From Pristiophorus japonicus (Eukaryota), in assembly GCF_044704955.1 (NCBI RefSeq), contig NC_091979.1:319424001-319488000 (forward strand): a DNA stretch of 64,000 bases. The letters run 5' to 3'. Below, in pieces: positions 1 to 10,561 of the stretch (positions within the stretch are counted from its first letter, which is position 1; each line of letters opens with the position of its first letter). The notes under the pieces were generated by a model. It was given only the letters and a program-made list of their open reading frames with translations, ran no database searches and was not told the origin of the DNA. A program made the position numbers and the translations under genes.

Positions 1-1406
1 ACCTGATTCTGACCGCAAGCGACCTACGTTTGTCTTCACTAATCTTTTTCCTCCTCACATATCTATAGAAGCTTTTGCAGTCATGTTTTATGTTTCCAGC
101 AAGCCTCCTCTCATACTCTATTTTCCCCACCCTGATTAAACACTTTGTCCTCCTCTGCTGAATTCTAAATTTCTCCCAGTCCTCAGGTTTGCTGCTTTTT
201 CTGGCCAATTGATATGCCAATTCCTTGGATTTAACACTATCCCTAATTTCCCTTGTTGAGCCACCTTCCCTGTTTTATTTTTACTCCTGTGATGTACAAT
301 TGTTGAAGTTCATCCATGTGATATTTAAATGTTTGCCATTGCCTATCCACCGTCAACCCTTTAAGTATCTTTCGCCAGTCTATTCTAGACAATTCACGTC
401 TTATACCATCGAAGTTACCTTTCCTTAAGTTCAGGACCCTCGTCTCTGAATTAACTGTGTCACTCTGCATCTTAATAAAGAATTCTATCATATTATGGTC
501 ACTCTTCCCCAAGAGGCCTCGCACAACAAGATTGCTAATTAGTCCTTTCTTGGTACACATCAGCCAATCTTGGATGGCCAGCCCTCTAGTTGGTTCCTCG
601 ACATATTGGTCTAGAAATCCATCCCTAATACACTCCAGGAAATCCTCCTCCATCGTACTGCAACCAGTTTGGTTAAACCAATTTATATGTAGATTAAAGT
701 CGCCCATGATAACTGCTGTACCTTTATTGCATGAATCCCTAATTTCTTGTTTGATGCTGTGTCCAACCTCACTACTACTGTTTGGTAGTCTGTACACAAC
801 TCCCACTCGTGTTTTCTGCCCTTTGGTATTCTGCAGCTCCACCCATACAGATTCCATATCCTCCAAACTAATGTCCTTCCTTACTATTTCTATTCTTCCT
901 ACCAGAGTGGACAATTTCACATTTCCCCACATTATACTCCATCTGCCACCTTCTTGCCCATTCACTAAACCTGTCTATAAACCTTCACAGTTTCTTTGAA
1001 TTGATCTTACAGCTTACTTTCCCACCTAGCTTTGTATTGTCAGCAAACTTGGATATACCACACCTAGTCCCCTCATCTAAGTAATTGATATAGAATGTAA
1101 ATAGCTGAAGTCCTTGCAGCAACCCTCTATTTACAAGTTGCCAAGCCGAAAATGACGCGTTTATTCCTACTTTCTGTTTTCTCTCCGTTAGTAGAATCCA
1201 AGCTAATATATTGTCCTATTCCCATGAGCCCTTATCTCATGTAACATCTTGTGTGGCACTTTATTGAATGCCTTTATAAAATACAAATATACTACATCCA
1301 CTGGTTTCCCCTTATCTACTCTGCTAATTGCACCCTCAAAAAATTCTAATAGATTTGTCCAACACAATTTCTCTTTCATAAAACTGTGTTGATTCTGCCA
1401 TATCAC
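1..1406 (-). mobile_element. Degenerate CR1-clade LINE ORF2 fragments (APE endonuclease and RT pieces)
   Basis: ORF 243-965 has APE motifs (GVVYRLPN, IMGDFN, SDHNMI). ORF 1203-1406 has an RT N-terminal piece (NQHSF..TNLLEFFE..VDVVYLYF.KAFNKVPH). Confidence 0.9.
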
Positions 1407-1410
1407 ATTA

Positions 1411-2865
1411 TGGGGTAAAATTCAGCACCTTAGCACCTCCCATTAGTTCAGTAATTGGCGTTAATGGGATGTGACAACATGAATGTGGGGCGAAGGGAAC
1501 CCCGCTCCACACATCAAATCCCCCCCACCGCAGTGTCGGTGCTAACAGTTATTGCTGGGAGCCTCAACACCAGATGGATCGTGATGTCAGTGAGTGTGCA
1601 ATGCTCACTGACCGCCCGATCTGCAAAACTGATTGTCGCCACTTACCTTAGTGCCAGAAGAAACAGCCAATGGTAGAGCTGGCATGGAGCACCAGGAAGT
1701 CTACTCCAGTGATGTTTATTTAAGGGATCATCAGCAGTGAGTTGCAGCCGTAGGTTCGTGGAGCTTCAGTGCTTTCTTCTCAGTTTCATATAATGCAACA
1801 GTCTCAATCCGTGATTTCAAGGTTATTGAGTATCAGGAGTGTTGTAGCAACTAAAAAGTGCTGCATTTATTCTTTAAAAAATCATACCACTACAATTGAC
1901 AACATTAATTGGGGCTGTGCTGGTAGTCGACCTCCCCCTCCAGGATCTACGGCAGAGGGAGCGGAGGCAGGGAGAAAGATTGGAACATGTGGCCAGAGGA
2001 AGGAGGAGGGCCATAAGTGCTCTCAACAAGAGGGGGTTGGGCGCCTCTTGCAAAATTGTGCTGGAGTTAGCCGAGGCGCTGCCACGATAGCCCCGTGCCC
2101 CACCAATAGCACCCCGGGCCGGGGCACAACCGCCGATGACCCCTTAGTGCCACACAATGACCCCGCGGCCATTTACATTGGCCAGTGCCCCGTAAGTATG
2201 CCATGAGCGGTGTCAGTGCCAGCCTCGTGGATCGCGAACCAGGCCGAACTCCGCTCACAAGGTGAAAGTTACAGGGGAGGTCGGGAGCGCCCTGTGCAGC
2301 CATATTACCTGTTTCACCGACTCACCGATCGGCTCGTTCTTTACTTCCCTGGCATGGCCCGAGCTGCCATTGTGCAGCTTGGCATTCTGTCTTGTGTGCC
2401 AGGCTGCAGCCTTGGCACCAGGCCGCCCTGGTGACCCAGTGGAGGCCATCAGAGGCCCAGCAAAGTGCGCCAGTGCTGCCAATCGTGTCCTAAGATGGGC
2501 AACAAATACTGGCCTTGTCAGCAATGCCCACATCCCAGGAACAAATAGAAAAAAGGTATCGCCCTGGTACCTGCCCCATCAGGAAGTGGAACTCGGCGAG
2601 ATTGCGCTCCACTTCCTGTGAGGGGCGGTAACCGCAATTCCGCGGCCGGGGCGGGACTTCTGTGCCGGGCGCAGGAAGTCCCGCCCCCAGCCGGTTAACA
2701 CCCCCAATCAGGGCACTGCGAAATTTCTTCCCCGAGGACTCCAATCATTTCTTTGAGCAGTGAGCACGTATTTTGCATGCAGTGTAAAACATTGGTGCAT
2801 ATTGCTCAATCTCCAACCTTTCTAATGACACCGCCCATTCCTGGGCGATAATGAAATTCTCGCCC
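1411..2865. mobile_element. GC-rich non-autonomous TIR element(s) (MITE-like, probably Harbinger-derived, possibly nested) abutting the IFIT copy 1 promoter
   Basis: Starts ggggtaaaattc at 1411 and ends gaaattctcgccc at about 2853-2865. A second terminus-like gaaatttcttcccc lies near 2720-2733. No credible ORF. Similarity to the copy 2 promoter starts right after 2865. Confidence 0.45.
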
Positions 2866-2875
2866 TTTGGTTCTT

Positions 2876-2954
2876 AGTTTCATTTTATAGGTTTAGCTTC
2901 GATTCACATTCAGGAAATGATTCATTGCGTACAATAACTGGACAGTATAAATAA
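2876..2954 (+). promoter_or_regulatory. IFIT copy 1 promoter: two ISRE-like sites, a GAS-like site and a TATA box
   Basis: AGTTTCATTTT (2876-2886), AGCTTCGATTC (2895-2905), TTCAGGAAA (about 2909-2917) and TATAAATA (2946-2953), about 110-185 nt upstream of the ATG. The block is homologous in all three gene copies. Confidence 0.75.
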
Positions 2955-3060
2955 GCTGGAAAACAACACACTAAACACTCTTCTCGATCAATTCACCATT
3001 GGAACGATTGTTGAAGCTGAAAAAGAAATTTTAACAACGCATTGTCCATCGATCAGCACG

Positions 3061-3065
3061 ATGAG
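3061..3065 (+). CDS. IFIT: IFIT copy 1 coding exon 1 (ATGAG, followed by donor GTAACG)
   Basis: cagcacgATGAG|gtaacg. IFIT genes typically have a tiny first coding exon. ATG AG joined to C at the acceptor ttgcag|C (5430) gives M-S-N-T-Q-K in frame. The intron spans 3066-5429. Confidence 0.85.
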
Positions 3066-3423
3066 GTAACGGTCATTGGAATTCCTCCTTTATTTAAATT
3101 TACGTGTAGACTATCGAACAAGCAACTAGTTTTCAGAAATAAAGTAGCTTACATTACAAAGCAGTTGAAATGCAGAGAGCTGGGATTAGTGGCTCACAGT
3201 GAGACACACAGATAAGGGAACACTGCTGCACCAAGACTGGTGATAGTCAGTAAACATGAGGCAAAAGGCAGACCTGTTCATAGGATTATAACTCAAACAA
3301 CAATTTAAATTATTTTGGACTTGGCTCTGTTGAAAGTACAAAGTTAAACTTGAATATTATACTGTCGTGGAAAGACGTATTCTGTAAGTGCCCTCAGGTC
3401 ATATCCAGAGTTTGAAGAAAGAA

Positions 3424-3435
3424 AGTTTCACTTTG
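3424..3435 (+). promoter_or_regulatory. Intronic ISRE/IRF-like site, conserved in all three copies
   Basis: AGTTTCACTTTG, one mismatch to AGTTTCNNTTTC. Also present at 27959-27970 and 49725-49736. Confidence 0.45.
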
Positions 3436-3879
3436 TGTTCCATGGGAATCTAGAAGGGATCTACTAATGTAAAATAGTGATTTCCAGCACTTTCATATAT
3501 CCAAACTAAAGCAACCTGAACTATAAAGCAAAGGGAGAGTACAGCATGGACTGGGATGGGGGGATGGACACAGCATGAAATGCAGGAGGAGAGTGCCAGC
3601 TTAAAGTGTGTAGGAGAAGGAAAAGTGCTGACTTACATTGAGAATGGGGGCGGGGGAGAAGAGTGCTGACATGAACTGGGGGAAAGGACAGGTGCAGCAG
3701 TTTGAACGGAGCAGCAAAGGGAGGAAAGCCACCATGAACTGGGGCAGGGGTAAGAATGACAGCTTGGATTGTGGGGGGAGGGAGACGAGAGCCAACAGGA
3801 ACAAGAGGCAGGCGGAGTAGAGTGCAAGGAGAAGCTGGGATGGCTGGGGGATGAAGTGTATCAACGTGAGTTTAACAGC

Positions 3880-4310
3880 AAGGAAGAAAGAATTTGTATT
3901 GATGTAACACCTTATCACACCTCTCAGAAATGTCCCAAAGTGCTTCACATTCAGTGAATTATGTTGCAGTGCAGTCACTGTTGTTTTGTCAGGAAATGTG
4001 ACAACTCAGTTTGCACAACAACAACAACTGGCATTTATATAGCACCTTTAACCTAGGAAAACATCCCAAGGTGCTTCACAGCAACGTAATCAGACAACAA
4101 TGGACACTGAGGCAAAGAAGGGGATGGTTAGAGGGATGACAAAAGCTTAGTCAAAGAGATAGGAGATTGTAAAGGAGGAGAGTGAGGTGGAGAGGTTCAG
4201 CGAGGGAATTCCAGAGTATCGGGCCTGTCTGGGCTGATGGCTCGGCCACCATCAGTGGGTGAAGTGGGAGAAGGACACGAGCCCGAGTTAGAGGAACACA
4301 GAATTCACGG
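3880..4310 (-). mobile_element. SINE/L2-type 3' end fragments in the IFIT intron
   Basis: caacaacaacaactggcatttatatagcacc is the reverse complement of an L2-like tail (GGTGCTATATAAATG..(GTT)n). Shared by all three introns. Confidence 0.5.
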
Positions 4311-4504
4311 ATAATGCCATAGAATCTATGAGGTCCACTTGATCCACTGGAATAGGCAGAGGCTGCCTTGGTTTAACATCACACCTGGAGGATGGCATGG
4401 TGGAAGATTTTCAGCAGGGTAAGAGTCAGTTCATGAAACATGGTCTTTCAGAATGCTGATATCTTTGTGTTGGGCCTTCTTTTCTGCTTTAAGGATGGGA
4501 TTAG

Positions 4505-4890
4505 AGAGGGTTACATAGGATACACAGCACAGAAACCGGCCATTCAGCCCAGCCAGTCCATGCTGGTTTATGCTCCACTCGAGCCTCCTCCTGTCTTTCC
4601 TCAGCTAATTCTATCTGCATAACCCTCTAATCCCTTCTCCCTCATATGCTTATCTAGTCTCCCCTGAAATGCATCTATACTATTTGCTTCAACCACTCCA
4701 TATGGTAGTGAGTTCCACATTCTCACCGCTCTCTGGGTAAAGAAGCTTCTTTTGAATTCCCTATTTGATTTCTTGGTGTCTGTCTTACACTGATGGCCTC
4801 TAGTTTTGCTCCTCCTCAGAGTGGAAACACTCTCTCTGTATCGACTCTATCATAACCTTTCATAATTTTAAAGACTTCTAGGTTCTCCTT
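4505..4890 (-). mobile_element. CR1 3' fragment in the intron, shared by copies 1 and 2 and absent from copy 3
   Basis: Reverse complement of CR1 C-terminal sequence (..agcttctttacccagagagcggtgagaatgtggaactc..). A homologue lies at about 29040-29420. Confidence 0.65.
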
Positions 4891-5429
4891 CCGCATGTTG
4901 GGGTGGAGAATGACCTGCTCACAGACAGCAGGGTCCCTGTGGAGGACCAGGTTGATGATCTGTTTAGTGGAGAGTTACCTGGACTGCCAATGTGAGAGGG
5001 AGAGTGTTTTAGAATTAGCTCTGACCTTTTTAGTGAGGAACTCCCATTTCAGAATGGAATGCATGAATGAGAAGGAGATGTAATGGGTGAACCAACAGGC
5101 AGACTGAGTACTTCAACCAATGTTCCTGTTCATATCATTGGGAGTGGAGGTGTTTGAGGTGATGCTGTACATTGCGTGAGAAGATTAAATGTCCATGAGC
5201 TGGTACATCAGCCAGCATGAAGGAGACCAGTGTAAGTACAGCTGAGATTTGCAGTCATCCCTTTTCCTTTTGCAGTGGTTTTTGCAGAGGTCACCTTTGT
5301 GTGACCAGAGATTTCATGGTCAGTGGGTCCAGGAGTCGGGAGAAGGCTTTAGTTAAAGAAACCGGAGAGAGGGGAGGGGGTGACACAGCCAGTCTGAGAT
5401 GGGTTTTGATGAATTTTGTTCTCTTGCAG

Positions 5430-6945
5430 CAACACACAGAAGGATTTGTTGAAAGTGAAGCTCGATTGGCTTCAATGTCACTTCACATGGGGCCCACAGA
5501 AGGAAAACATTGACTTGGACAACATGAAGTCTAGATTGCAAGATTCAATACAGGCTGGTGTGAAATATCAGGCCAGGTCTTACAACCACCTCGCTTTTGT
5601 AAACTGTCTGCAAGGCAACTGTGAAGAGGCAATTAAAAACTTAAAGGAAGCTGAAAAGATTCTGAGGGAGAACCATGAACATGAATTTGAAAGAAGAAGC
5701 ATCATCACCTATGGAAACTATGCCTGGGTATATTATCACATGGGCCAACTGACAGAGGCCCAGTCCTACCTCGACAAGCTGGAGATGATCTGTAAACAAT
5801 TTACTGATGGCTCTCGGTATACAGCACTGATACCTGAAGTATACGGGGAGAAGGGTTGGTCACTGTTGACTTCTGCTGATCAATACTATGAAGAGGCAAA
5901 GGAATGTTTTGAGAAGGCTCTGGAGGAAGATCCTGATGACACTGAATGGAACGTTGGCTATGCGACTGCTCTGTTCCGTCTGGAAGGGTTTTCTCGTACC
6001 CCAGAGAGTGGTGACCGCAGCCAATCAGTGAAGCAGTTGCGACGTGTGCTGGAACTTGATCCAGATGACTCTGTAGCCATGGTGCTGTTGGCTCTAAAAC
6101 TACAAGAGTTCAATCAAAAGGAGGAAGCACTGAAATTAGTTGAACAAGCATTGCAGAAGTCCCCTGATCTTCCATATGTAACTCGTTATGCAGCAAAATT
6201 TTACAGAGCAAAAGGAGATGTGGAAAAAGCTGTGGAGCTGTTGAAGAAAGCATTCGAAATTACCCCAAACTCTACCTTTTTACACCACCAAATAGGTCAG
6301 TGTTACAAAAAAAAACTATATCGACTGATCAAATATCCAGGCAGCAAAGACCCTTGCAATCCTGCTTTTCAACAGAAAGCTGACTTAATCAATAAATGCA
6401 AGTACCATTTTGAAAAGGCATTTGAGCCCCGCCCATTAACATCTATTAAGCCACAACTGGATTTTGCAAAAATCTGTTCATTAAATGAAGAATTTTTTGA
6501 AGCAGAGGCGATCTACAGCAATCTACTGAAATTAGAAAATATTCGCCAAGAAAATAAGCAGCAAATATGTTTAGCGGTCGGATTATTTGAACTGCACCAG
6601 AAAAGATCTGAATCAAATGCCGTCACCCATTTTCTGGAAGGAGTGAAAGTCAAATATGACTCAATAGAACGGAGAAGGTGTCACGAAAACTTGGAGAAGA
6701 TAGCAGACAGGCGACTTTGCATAAATTCAAGAGACAGCAAAGCCCTTGGTGTTCTTGGGTTACTGCACCAGCTGGATGGGAAGAATTGTAAAGCTATTGA
6801 ATGCTTTGAAAAGGCCCTGGAGTTTGATTGTCACAATGAAGAATATCTAAGTGCTCTCGCTGAATTACGCCTTTCTATCCAGACAACTCTCTCGTTCCCA
6901 GCTAAAACTAAACATATTTTTGAAAGATGCATTAATACTCCCTGA
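5430..6945 (+). CDS. IFIT: IFIT family protein copy 1, exon 2 (IFIT1/IFIT5-like, 506 aa spliced, C-terminally extended)
   Basis: Diagnostic IFIT motifs LQCHFTW, GNYAWVYYHMG, GWSLL..YYEEAKECFEKAL, YVTRYAAKFY and HHQIG, plus TPR repeats. Polypyrimidine tract and AG acceptor at 5428-5429. Confidence 0.96.
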
Positions 6946-7282
6946 TTTATGAGCAGGTTTGGTAGGGTACTTGCTTCACTTATTATATTCTGCTGGTACT
7001 TTCTTTTGAATTATTATTTTACTCGTGTGTCTAATTTTCAAACAATGATCTTTCTGCAGTTATTCAAAATTCCTGTGCTTCATTCAAGAATATTGACACC
7101 ACTGGTGAACTAACCAATAGGATTTGTTCCTGTATCCTTCGACCTTTTGCTATGTGTGAAACGATAAAAAATAACGTGGGTTTTGGGGGAATTAGAGTTA
7201 AATGAGCCAATGGGTCAGAGCCACAATAGTTGTATTTTATGAATTATAGGAACAGTTTTTTAGACAATAATACACATTACAT

Positions 7283-8207
7283 GGGCCCGATTTTAACTCC
7301 AGATGGGTTTTGGGTGGGTGAGCGGCGAGGGGAATGGGAAACTCACCTGTTGCTGCAGATATCGGGCCCGGGGTATTTTAAATCCCGAACTTCATTATCG
7401 TGCGGCCAGACCACTTCCCGGCCACAGGGCGTGCAGGCAGGTGCGGTGAAGGTGGTTCTGGGAGGGTCTCGGGGATGGAATGGGGGATGTGGGGAGTCCG
7501 GGGCAGGGGAGCCCCAAACTTTCATTTTGGGGCCTGGCGGGGCATTCCTGCACAAAGGAAAGTCAAACACTTACACCTTGACATCCTGATTCTCCTCAGA
7601 GCTGCTTCGGCCTGTTGGAAAAGCTGCACCGGCTTCCCCCGCCCAGACCAGAGTTAACGGCGTAGTCAGGGCCCGATGATGTCACCACACCCCGTGTGTG
7701 ATGTCACCACACCCCGGTCCGTGTATGATGTCACCACATCCCGGTCCGTGTGTGATGTCACCAGACCCCGGTCCGTGTGTGATGTCACCAGACCCGGTCC
7801 GTGTGTGATGTCACCACACCCCGGTCCGTGTGTGATGTCACCACACCCCGGTCCGTGTGTGATGTCACCACACCCCGGTGCGTGTGTGATGTCACCACAC
7901 CCCGGTCCGTGTGTGATGTCACCAGACCCCGGTCCGTGTGTGATGTCACCACACCCCGGTCCATGTGTGATGGCACCACACCCCGGTCCGTGTGTGATGT
8001 CACCAGACCCCGGTCCGTGTGTGATGTCACCACACCCCGGTCCATGTGTGATGTCACCACACCCCGGTCTGTGTGTGATGTCACCAGACCCAGGTCCATG
8101 TGCGATGTCACCACACCCCAGTCCATTATTGTCAATGATGATCCCACCACTTTTGACGAGTGGCTTAGTCCAATTTCTGCCAAGTGGGCAGGTTTAAAAT
8201 CGCCCCC
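7283..8207. mobile_element. MITE with 14-bp imperfect TIRs in the putative 3' UTR of copy 1
   Basis: Left gggcccgattttaa (7283-7296) matches the reverse complement of right ttaaaatcgccccc (8194-8207) at 12/14. Flanks are cat and aat. Confidence 0.65.
7675..8120. repeat. 27-bp minisatellite, about 16 units
   Basis: Unit GTGTGTGATGTCACCACACCCCGGTCC. The ORF track shows a matching 9-aa periodicity. Confidence 0.95.
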
Positions 8208-8947
8208 AATGAAGTTCTAAATAATCTAGAAAACTGGGTAGATAGAGGGACACTGATGTCCAAATAAACACGAAAAATTTGATTTATTATGATCATCATC
8301 TGTTTAGGTGTTTTAACAGCAATGCAGGTAAAGCATTATAGCTGGAGGTGCATAAGCTTCAGTGCACTCTGAGCATGTGACTTATACTCTTTTTATGGTA
8401 ATGATGGTGTAAATAAATATCCAATCCAGCCCAGAGAGGGTGCAATAAAACCACTCTGTCGACATATCTTTCACTTGCTGCCTCTTCACAATAAAGTCCC
8501 CCATCTGGTGAAAGGCTTTCCATGTGTACCAGTTGAGAAAGGACCAACGACCACTGCAGGCCCTTCAAATAAATCATCAGCTTGATTCTGTTGCTCTGAA
8601 GCTTTGCTGACAGACGATTGGACTCCCATCCAGAGCGTTCATTCAGATCTCAGCCTCTGTCACTGGGAGTCTCCCTGCCCTGTAACTGGTCAGCTGCACC
8701 TGCTCTTCATCAAACCTTCTGTGTCCCTCGTTGGCCAACACAGAGCAGCTTGGACAATACCCGGGAAAGTCCCTTTTCCAGAGACTGTCACCATCTCTGT
8801 GAAGAAACTCAGTCGAGGGAGGAAAGCTAAAGGATCTAGAAATAGGTTAAAATGGGATAAAATATCAAAACACAATGGCTGCAGACACTGATTTTCCCGA
8901 GATTTCAATTGTAATTGTAATATCAGAGATTGAACATTAAAATAACC

Positions 8948-8953
8948 AATAAA
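8948..8953 (+). terminator. Candidate poly(A) signal of copy 1
   Basis: AATAAA inside a block (tgtaatatcagagattga..ttaaaataaccAATAAA) that is conserved downstream of copy 2 (32623-32628) and copy 3 (58250-58255), although the intervening UTRs are unrelated. Confidence 0.6.
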
Positions 8954-9789
8954 ATTAAGCTGTGGCAAAGACTTAGTTTGTATTGTTGTTATGTATGCAA
9001 TAAAGGTTCAAACTGAGTACTGTTTAACTGAGCAAGGTACAACCTTGGCTATGTTTTATTTAGGCCCAAAATGCCTGACTCTCAAAATGGCTGGCCTTTT
9101 ATACCTGAGCAGCACCATGTGCATGCTGCTCAGTGGCCTCCAACAATGTCGCCATCTGGTGGCTACAAACAGAATGTGAAATTAATACATGACAATTGTT
9201 GGTCTGTGTGAATGCGGACAGTTAGTGTGGTACAGGACATGATGGGAAAAACTTGCACGATATTTTCTGGCAGTCGGTAATGTTTATGGCCACTTGTCAG
9301 CATTTGATAAAAATATTCAATTCCCAAACGGGAAATAGGGCATAATTTGCAATAAAATTGAGCAAATTTTCCTTCCTGTGTCAGGCTTTTTTGAAACTTG
9401 TGGTCAGCTCTCCACAGCAATAATGGGCCCCTGGGTGAGGTGCTGGAGGGTGTCCAGTGCCCATGGGACTGTGTCCCACGAAGGAGTCAACACCTTAAGG
9501 AGCGGAGGGAAGGGCAACAAATAGCAGAGAAAACGGGTAAGAAACAAAAACCTTTCTGGTTACTGGGTGTTCCCAGGCCCCAGGATGTATTTTCTGGCAC
9601 TGCACAGGCGTCCTCTCCACCTCTAACCCAGAGGTGACTGCTGGGATGTTCTGGGAAAACTTACACATTCACACAGAAGTGCAGAGCAACAGTTGCAGTG
9701 ACAGCCACAGCGAGATCGTGAGGAGCGGCGAACTACTAAAGTGTCAGCCCAACCAGCACCAACTGACCTGGGAGGGCAAGAAGTCAAAA

Positions 9790-10560
9790 GGATCAAAGGT
9801 GTGACATCACAGGAAAGCAGGGAAGTGATTGGTTGGTCAGTTTTTCTCTCTTTTCTTGGGCATTGGTTTATATTAAGAGCCAGAATTAAAAACTAAAACG
9901 TTCAAAACTTGAAAACGTAATTAATTAAATACATTAGAGATGGCAGGGCAGGCAACATGTTACTGCTGCAACATGTGGGAGCAGGTGGAGACCATTGAGG
10001 CCCATGGTGACCACATTGACAGTAAGTGTTGGCAGCTCGAGGAACTTCGGCTCCGTGTTGATCAGTCCAAGCTTCAAACACTGCAACACATCAGGGACAC
10101 ATCACGCTTACCTGGACACTGTGTTTCAGGAGGCAGTCACACCCCTTAGATTAATTAATTCAAACTTGGTCCGTGGTCAGGGACAGGAGGGTGTGACTAT
10201 CAGTGAGGCAGGTATGGGGACCTAGGATGTAGTGATGGAGGAGCCTCAGCCCTTGCTCTTGTCCAACAGGTTCGACGCTCTTACTCCCTGTGTGGACCAA
10301 AACAGGGACTGCAGGGAGGATGAGCAAACTGACCACAGCAATGTGATACAGGGGGCCATTTAAGTGGGGGGAGTAAAAAGAAATGCTGTAGTGGGAGGGG
10401 ACAGTATCAGTCGGGGGATAGATACTGTTCTCTGCAGCCGAGAGCGTGAGTCCCGAAGGTGGTGCTGCCTGCCCGGTGCCAAGGTTAAGGACATCTCCCC
10501 TGGGCTGCAGAGGAACTTGGAGTGGGAGGGGGCAGATCCAATTGTTGTGGTCCACGTACC
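9790..10560 (+). mobile_element. CR1 5' UTR and ORF1 remnant (Zn finger, coiled coil, SGNH esterase)
   Basis: CYCCNMWE..H..KCWQLEELRLRV, VVGGDSISRG..CLPGAKVKD and PIVVVHV. Confidence 0.85.
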
Positions 10561-10561
10561 C

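Noticed and set aside
3256-3266. Alternative first exon ATGAG|GCAAAA
   Set aside because: It is a weak non-canonical GC donor lying downstream of a canonical ATGAG|GT that is properly spaced from the TATA box.
5416-5429. ORF-track N-terminus MFSCS starting at TTG (also 29882 and 55512)
   Set aside because: This is the polypyrimidine tract and splice acceptor. The real start is the upstream ATGAG exon.
7676-8220. Repetitive ORFs (CVMSPHPGP)n and similar ORFs over the 42-bp arrays
   Set aside because: They are open only because the repeat units lack stops. There is no other sign of coding function.
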